A stretch of DNA of 46,140 nucleotides from Candidatus Hadarchaeota archaeon (GTDB lineage Archaea > CAYQAE01 > CAYVLA01): assembly GCA_964621445.1 (NCBI GenBank), contig CAZUNO010000023.1, positions 1 through 46,140 of the forward strand, in the 5' to 3' direction. Below the pieces are notes generated by a model, which made no database searches, was not told the origin of the DNA, and was given only the letters and a program-made list of their open reading frames with translations. This document shows positions 40,079 through 46,140 of this stretch, piece after piece (position 1 is the stretch's first letter; the number at the start of each line of letters is the position of its first letter). The translations under genes were made by a program, and so were the position numbers.

Positions 40079-41731
40079 TTGTCAAATAGAAATCATTTCC
40101 TTGATGGGAACTACCCATTGATCGGGAGGATAGGTATCGCTTTCCTCTTCGCCCTGCTCGTACTTCACTGCACCGCAATTTACGCCCTCAACACGTCGGC
40201 AAACCAGCCCCATGGAGGGAATGATATTCCCTATTTGCTTCTGGTGTGGTCTAGGATGCAAAATTTTGATCAGCAAGCAATGAAACTATTGGAAGAATCC
40301 CATTACAACGGAACCGCTCTCAAGCCTTTTTCGGCCGGATATGACGGACCTATACCTGATCTCGAAAATTATATTTCCCTCCTTGATGATCTGAACGAGC
40401 TCAAGTCCAACTCCACAAAGGCTCTGTGGCCTGCCGTATACCTGAATAGGATAGTAGGGTATCATCCCGATGAACCCCCAGGTAGCAGCGAGTACTTCAG
40501 GAAGATCGATGGTATCGACCTGGATAATGAATCGGGGGCCAGGGCTGATTTCGAAAAGATCTTCACCCTTGCCCTGCAGATGGCTCGTCACCTTGAAAGC
40601 CCGGGCATAGTGTTGGACCTGGAGGCTTACAATGCAAAGGGTTCCGGGGTTAACCCCGTTTACCACATGAATAACCTGATGTATATCCGTGGGGAGACGG
40701 AAAACGTGCTGGTTCAAAAACTTCAATCATTTGGACATTCGCTGGCAGATATCGCTGCCCAGACCTATCCCGGGTGCAAGATCATGTTTCTATTCACCAG
40801 CCATGATTGGTCGGTGGCCGAAATCGTGGTGGGCATGTTGGACAGGACGCGGGAATTGGACTCTGGCGTCCATATGATCGATGGCGGGGAGGTTGGAATT
40901 GGTTATTGCAGCGAGGACGTGGAGCATCTAAGGTCTAAGATCAGGGAAAGGGAGGAAGTGTGGGCCGAGAAGTTTCCCTATCCTCCCGATCTGTTCAGCC
41001 TCGGGGGAACCATATGTCCCTACCTCAACCGTTCAAAAGCCTCCAGCTTTCTCCTAAACAATGGCCCCCAGATTAAGACATTGAGGGATTTCGAGCCCTT
41101 GTTCCATGAACTCTTCGATGCCTTCGACCTGATATGGATCTACTCCGGTGGATCAGATTACACTCCATTAAATCCCAACGACGCCGCCGTATTCAACGAG
41201 GTGTTTGGCCAGATGATCGACAACTACAAGGCCTATGGTAAGAAGAGTCCTAAGCTTGTTGAGAACCTAGTTGAGGACCTAAGGAATGCGATCATTGACG
41301 CTGCGGAAGATGGAGTGGAAACCACCGCCTACAACCAGAGCATGGATGATGTAATCTCCCTCTGCGACCAAGACAGATATCCCGAGGCATATGATCTGGT
41401 GGAAACCGTCCTATCAAGCGTCACTGAAGCACATGAAAATGCCAAGATATCCCATGCACAGGAGCTCATCTCAAAGGCAGAGGAAAAGATCGCGTTGGCC
41501 AAACATGAAGGCATAGACACCTCCAGGTGCGAACTCTTTCTAAGCAAGGCCAGGCAAGCACTAGAAGAAGGTCAATATAGATCGGTGGAATCCATGTGCG
41601 CTTGCGCGTTGAATTTGCAGGAAAAAATTCCAGAGAGTATTACGATGACATTCCTCGCCAATGTCATTTTATCTATTGTGCTAATACACCTCTCATCTCG
41701 ACCTCATCGGAATGCACATCGAGACATTTAA
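40079..41731 (+). CDS. Secreted putative glycoside-hydrolase-like (TIM-barrel) protein with helical stalk and IPE plus TM tail
   Basis: Signal peptide, GIVLDLEAY, MIDGGE, IWIYS, helical EGIDTSRCE..LSKARQAL, C-terminal KIPESITMTFLANVILSIVLIHL plus a basic tail. Confidence 0.55.
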   Translation: MSNRNHFLDGNYPLIGRIGIAFLFALLVLHCTAIYALNTSANQPHGGNDIPYLLLVWSRMQNFDQQAMKLLEESHYNGTALKPFSAGYDGPIPDLENYISLLDDLNELKSNSTKALWPAVYLNRIVGYHPDEPPGSSEYFRKIDGIDLDNESGARADFEKIFTLALQMARHLESPGIVLDLEAYNAKGSGVNPVYHMNNLMYIRGETENVLVQKLQSFGHSLADIAAQTYPGCKIMFLFTSHDWSVAEIVVGMLDRTRELDSGVHMIDGGEVGIGYCSEDVEHLRSKIREREEVWAEKFPYPPDLFSLGGTICPYLNRSKASSFLLNNGPQIKTLRDFEPLFHELFDAFDLIWIYSGGSDYTPLNPNDAAVFNEVFGQMIDNYKAYGKKSPKLVENLVEDLRNAIIDAAEDGVETTAYNQSMDDVISLCDQDRYPEAYDLVETVLSSVTEAHENAKISHAQELISKAEEKIALAKHEGIDTSRCELFLSKARQALEEGQYRSVESMCACALNLQEKIPESITMTFLANVILSIVLIHLSSRPHRNAHRDI

Positions 41732-41757
41732 CCAGGCAGAAATTGGATTAAATTTTC

Positions 41758-43062
41758 ATGCCTGAGTTCAAATGGGGTAAGGCCAAACTAGCAAGTAGCA
41801 TAGCAGATGATAATCATGCTCCAGAATTGACGGAAATCGTGCCGCTTTGCTTGCTTGTCCTAGCCATAATTTCATCAAGTTTTTTGGCACAGGCCAACGC
41901 GGCTGACCAGGTGAGAATTCTGGCCATGGGTCAGGTCGACCCTGATTACAGTCCTCTTCTGGGATTCATGAACTCCGAGCCTTCATTCGATGGAACTCTC
42001 CTAATCTGCAGGTCTATTTTCGTTGAATATAGCGAGCCGGAATTGAGGAGATTCATGAGGATATACTTCCCCCGAACCTATGATGACCTAATCGAGTACG
42101 ATTATTTTGTGTTCGACCAGCCAATGCTCGTTCTATTCAATGACGAACACATCAAGTGGATGTACCAGGCAATGGAGAGAGAGGGAACCGGGGCTCTCGC
42201 CTTCACCATTAGCCAACGTACGGAAATGTACGGTCCCTGGATGAACTCAGTTCTCCCCGAGGCATTTCCTCATGATCAGGAAAAGATAATCGCCAAGGCA
42301 CAGTACAATATAGTTTCCTATGACATAGATGTGAATGACGATCCACAACTGCCTCCGGTTCTTAAGCCGTTCAAGGATCTAGGTATAGAGGAGATCAGGC
42401 CCTTCGGAAAAATAAGGTTATTGTTCAGGAAACAGGGCACCACGATATGGGCCACGGCAAAGGACCTCTCCCTGTATGGATTTCCAAGCTGTCCTCTGTT
42501 AATCTCCTGGGAATACGGAGAAAAAAACTCGAGAATATGGTCGACCGCAAACCAGTTCCATCACCCATTCTGGGATCAGAGGGACGGGAAGGAAAGATAC
42601 GCGCTGGATATTTTCAGCAACATAGTATCATATGGGTGTCGGAGGGGTCTTCCCAGGAACATATTGATGGTGCACAGGATCAGAGAGCATTTCACCCAAT
42701 ACAAGTCCAGAATGGGAATGCTCTACTCACTCCTGGACTTTGTGGAAAGGTTTGGCGCCAGTACACAGAAGATCCAGGGATATATCTCCCAGCTAGATTC
42801 CATGGAAGAGGAAGCCGAGGAACTCTATCTAAGCCAGGAATTCGAGTCAACCCTTGCCCAACAGGAGGAGATCTTCGATTTCTTCTCCAAAGTAGAGTCG
42901 GAGGCCGTGGATGTGAAGGAAAACGCACTCCTGTGGGTCTATGTCCTGGAATGGATAACCGTGAGCGGAACCGGTATGCTGACCGGCTTCGTTATCTGGA
43001 CAATTATGGTCCGCAGGAGATTCTACAGGGAGGTAAAGGTTACCCGAAAAAAGAATCGCTGA
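41758..43062 (+). CDS. YFPR-family membrane-anchored surface protein (paralog 9)
   Basis: MRIYFPRTYDDLIEYD, RYALDI, RFGAST, ALLWVYVLEWIT-TM-MVRRRFYREV. Confidence 0.9.
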   Translation: MPEFKWGKAKLASSIADDNHAPELTEIVPLCLLVLAIISSSFLAQANAADQVRILAMGQVDPDYSPLLGFMNSEPSFDGTLLICRSIFVEYSEPELRRFMRIYFPRTYDDLIEYDYFVFDQPMLVLFNDEHIKWMYQAMEREGTGALAFTISQRTEMYGPWMNSVLPEAFPHDQEKIIAKAQYNIVSYDIDVNDDPQLPPVLKPFKDLGIEEIRPFGKIRLLFRKQGTTIWATAKDLSLYGFPSCPLLISWEYGEKNSRIWSTANQFHHPFWDQRDGKERYALDIFSNIVSYGCRRGLPRNILMVHRIREHFTQYKSRMGMLYSLLDFVERFGASTQKIQGYISQLDSMEEEAEELYLSQEFESTLAQQEEIFDFFSKVESEAVDVKENALLWVYVLEWITVSGTGMLTGFVIWTIMVRRRFYREVKVTRKKNR

Positions 43063-43108
43063 ACCTTGGTATACAGAATATTCTCTACAAGGGGTTTGAA
43101 CTTACTTC

Positions 43109-43558
43109 TCACCAGAAAATTATCCTAACAGCGTGGTGAAAAGCTACCGATTTCTCGGTGAAGTTAGATGCATAGCAGTGCATGTACAATCTTCTGTCCT
43201 TGTCTATGAGGAAATGGCAACCTGATGGAAAGGCCTCATAGGTGTTGACATCGGTTATCCCACCCACTTCGGTGTAGTAATCCCTTCCACAGTAACCGAA
43301 ATAGCCCTCCGTGCCAGTGGGTTCCATTCCGGTTGGATTCCTATTCCACTCAATCCATGGATTCCTTGCGCTTTTTGAAAGAATGTGTCCATTATCACTC
43401 CAACCGCCCTTGCCAACACCGATGAAATGCTCCAATGCAACTACGTGCATATCTTCCCCAGCTTCCAACTCTTCAGACCATCTCTTCGTTCCCTTTTGGG
43501 TGACTTCCAATAGGGAATTCATGGTAATGGATCTCAATGTCCTCCCTGTCATGAGCAC
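43109..43558 (-). CDS. Hypothetical protein or gene fragment
   Basis: Protein-like composition in an otherwise unassigned gap; no family recognised. Confidence 0.25.
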   Translation of the reverse strand: MLMTGRTLRSITMNSLLEVTQKGTKRWSEELEAGEDMHVVALEHFIGVGKGGWSDNGHILSKSARNPWIEWNRNPTGMEPTGTEGYFGYCGRDYYTEVGGITDVNTYEAFPSGCHFLIDKDRRLYMHCYASNFTEKSVAFHHAVRIIFW

Positions 43559-43644
43559 CTCCTCCTGGGAATTTCCATGGCTTATAATTCATTTGACTCA
43601 ATGTTGAGTAGGATTGCCTAGTGACCCGACCTACTACTAATCGA

Positions 43645-44290
43645 TTATTCTGCAATCCATTTTTCATGGGAAATCAGTGGTTGGCTGATAGCCCTTAGAA
43701 CGTCTGGAGCTATCTCCCCCCCCTCTGATCAGCTGCTGACCCGCATCCCTCGAAGCTTCCAGCACCTCTTCTCTCTTATCCTCATTGTGCCTCATATAGT
43801 CAAAGTGTGGTCGAAGGAGGGCTCCAGCGAACCTAATACTCGCATCCTCACAGAACTCCTCCAATATGCGCACCACAGTCCGAAAATTCCCCATCTCCCA
43901 CCAGCCACATGTGGAAGCAAGAACAGCTTTCCCAATCTTAACATCATCCTGCAACCTGGCTCTTGTTCTCCCTTCACGGATAACTAAATCGGGATTCAGA
44001 AGAGGGCATAACCTGTTCATGAAGTTCTGAATTTTAACGAGCAGAGGTATATAGACAGGGGTGGCTAAAACCAGGATATCAGCTTTCTTAAGATTCTTGT
44101 AAAGATTATCCATGTCATCCGATTGTATGCACTCGGGTACCTCACATCGCCTAAACAGGCGGTAATATCCATACCCTCCAGATAATGTAGATCCACCGAA
44201 GCCCCGGCCTCTCTCATCCCCTCAAGGAAGGGATTCAGCAATACTGTTGTATTGCTTTCTCTCATACGCCTGCTACCACTACCGCCAAAC
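43645..44290 (-). pseudogene. NADPH-dependent FMN reductase/multimeric flavodoxin family gene, frameshifted
   Basis: GSRRMRESNTTVLLNPFLEGMREAGA..ITACLG, a frameshift, then KADILVLATPVY...STCGWWEMGNF. A second shift in a C8 run (43716-43723) restores ..ISQPLISHEKWIAE*. Confidence 0.8.
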
Positions 44291-44425
44291 AGAAGGTCAC
44301 ATACATACCCCCAGTTGGTTAGAAACCTCGAACAAGAAAAGGTTTTAGGCCCCGCCCTGGCCACAATGGCTCAGTTGACTCTAATCCGGTAGATCTATAT
44401 CCCAGTACTATCAAATTGGGCCATA

Positions 44426-44896
44426 ATGAAATCCCTGGTCATATATTATTCAAGAGGCGGCCACACAAGGGAAATAGCAGAAGTCATTTCTCAGGAATTA
44501 AGCTGCGAGGCGATTGACCTTAAGGAGGGGAATCCGGATGTCTCAGACGTGGATATGCTTCTGGTTGGTAGCGGCAATTACGGTGGTAAGCCGCATCAAA
44601 ATGTGGGAGAATTCATAGAAAACCTGAAACCCGTTAAGGATCGGAAAGCGGCTGTTTTCTCAACGAGCGTTGGAGAACATCCCGAAGGGATCAAGATCAT
44701 GAAAGATGGTCTCCAAAAAAAGGGATACGATGTCATTTCCACCTTCGATTGTCGCGGGCAGTTTTTGTTCCTGATCAGCCGAGGCCATCCCAATGAAAAG
44801 GATATGGAATCTGCAAAGGAATTTGCAGCCCAAATAAGGGAGAGCGTCCTGGACTTGTGGGGCCCGTTTGAAGAGGACATGTCCGGACCTGATTGA
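44426..44896 (+). CDS. Flavodoxin family protein
   Basis: VIYYSRGGHTREIA, LVGSGNYGG, AAVFST and GHPNEKD. Confidence 0.9.
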   Translation: MKSLVIYYSRGGHTREIAEVISQELSCEAIDLKEGNPDVSDVDMLLVGSGNYGGKPHQNVGEFIENLKPVKDRKAAVFSTSVGEHPEGIKIMKDGLQKKGYDVISTFDCRGQFLFLISRGHPNEKDMESAKEFAAQIRESVLDLWGPFEEDMSGPD

Positions 44897-44906
44897 TAAT
44901 GGTGGG

Positions 44907-45875
44907 TTATCCCGCCTCGATATTAGGGAAGACATGATCATTAGCCCGCTTCCAAGCGGCAAGCTCATGAAGTCGTTTGATATGTTCAAGCTCCTTCCTC
45001 GTGATCCCATCCTCGATCAGTGTCCTTTCATCCATGTCATGCTCAACTACATAGGCCACCCTGTCAATATTATCGTATTTATGTCCAATTAGTTCCTCGT
45101 CCCCGATACCTATGAACATGTCCGGTGAGGGAGCCTGAGATATTATGTAATCTGGCAACCCAAGATATTTTGCAAGCTGGCGGACCTGGTTCTTGTAAAG
45201 ACCCAAGAGGGTTTCAACTGGGAGATCGTCAACTCCATCCTTTACGAACCAACCTACAAAGGATTCTGATCGATTGGCAGCGCCAATCAGAAGGAGATTA
45301 TGGTGCCGAGCATATTCCTCAAGCATTCTCCTCCTCTGGATATGACGCCTATTGAAGCCATTTTCAATATTCTTGGCTATACCCGCGAAACTGCCAAACC
45401 TGATCTTCGAGGGATCCGCCCTCTTCAGCGTCATCACGAATGGGGTCTCCCTGTAGAAAATCGTGGACGCGATCTTGTTGGAGAGAAGAATCATCTTGTT
45501 GATGATCCTCGAATAGGGCACAAGTTTTATTATGAATGGCTTGTAGGTTCCCTCGCCCCTCAATATCTTGCTTATGTCCTTCGAACTGAATTGAATACCA
45601 AGGTCTTTCGCTAGGAGCCTAGCATTCCCCCCATACTTGCCCTGACTATCCCGATCATAAAGATAAAGACCATGAACCTTCTTTGGATCCCCAGTGGCCC
45701 TCACTGCAAGAACTGCGGCAACTGACGAATCGAGCCCTCCACTAATCCCAATGCATAGGCCATCGTTACCGGATTCGGACATTCTCTGCTTAATGAACTC
45801 CACTATCAAGTTTGATACTCTCTCGCAATCGATGAGCATGAGTTCCATTAGACCAGTTAGTTTGTCCTCAACCAT
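44907..45875 (-). CDS. nadE: NH3-dependent NAD+ synthetase-like protein
   Basis: GISGGLDSSV PP-loop, GAANRSE, LYKNQVRQLAKYLGLP, APSPDM and DEELIG..Y. Confidence 0.8.
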   Translation of the reverse strand: MVEDKLTGLMELMLIDCERVSNLIVEFIKQRMSESGNDGLCIGISGGLDSSVAAVLAVRATGDPKKVHGLYLYDRDSQGKYGGNARLLAKDLGIQFSSKDISKILRGEGTYKPFIIKLVPYSRIINKMILLSNKIASTIFYRETPFVMTLKRADPSKIRFGSFAGIAKNIENGFNRRHIQRRRMLEEYARHHNLLLIGAANRSESFVGWFVKDGVDDLPVETLLGLYKNQVRQLAKYLGLPDYIISQAPSPDMFIGIGDEELIGHKYDNIDRVAYVVEHDMDERTLIEDGITRKELEHIKRLHELAAWKRANDHVFPNIEAG

Positions 45876-46140
45876 AATTTATCAACCTCAAAATCGGACT
45901 CCTGTAGAACTTTAATATGGCATTTCCTTGGACTCGGAAGATATCTTTCCCACCGAAAAATGGACTTAGAACCTGTTACAAGTATCTGCGGAAATCGCGA
46001 TCGGAGTTCTCTAAAAAGCCAAATGGATCGATATCCACGAATGTCATTCCGGAATAATATAGATGGGGCCGCGTGAGTTCGCTCTCAATTAAGGCTCGGG
46101 AGTCGCTCCTCTCTGGCCTTGTTTTTGGGTTTAGTGGTTG

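Overview
Probably archaeal, judged from TATA-like boxes about 30 nt upstream of starts, IPE-plus-transmembrane tails and the gene families present; the taxon cannot be assigned from sequence alone. The window reads as a hypervariable surface-protein and sugar-catabolism region. Its dominant feature is an expanded family of about 420-aa membrane-anchored proteins: 9 intact copies and 2 pseudogenes. Each has a signal peptide, a divergent class-I glutamine-amidotransferase-like (GATase1-like) domain with a R-x-Y-[FLYM]-P-R motif, a helical stalk with FGAN, and a strongly conserved C-terminal anchor, AL-x-W-x-Y-x-x-EW...TM...M[VI]-[RK]-R-x-x-Y-[RK]. Two adjacent, otherwise divergent members share an exact 72-bp 3' end. 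The copies are interspersed with GH95-like, beta-propeller glycosidase-like, fucose-isomerase-like, FAD-oxidoreductase, URO-D, M28 peptidase and histidine phosphatase genes. A 2286-aa Ca-binding-repeat surface protein is followed by a deleted, partly identical copy of its own 3' end. The left edge holds an unannotated tyrosine-recombinase remnant and a frameshifted AbiV-family gene. About ten pseudogenes are present. I saw no tRNA, rRNA, CRISPR array or reverse transcriptase. All family calls come from motif recognition by eye, not database searches.
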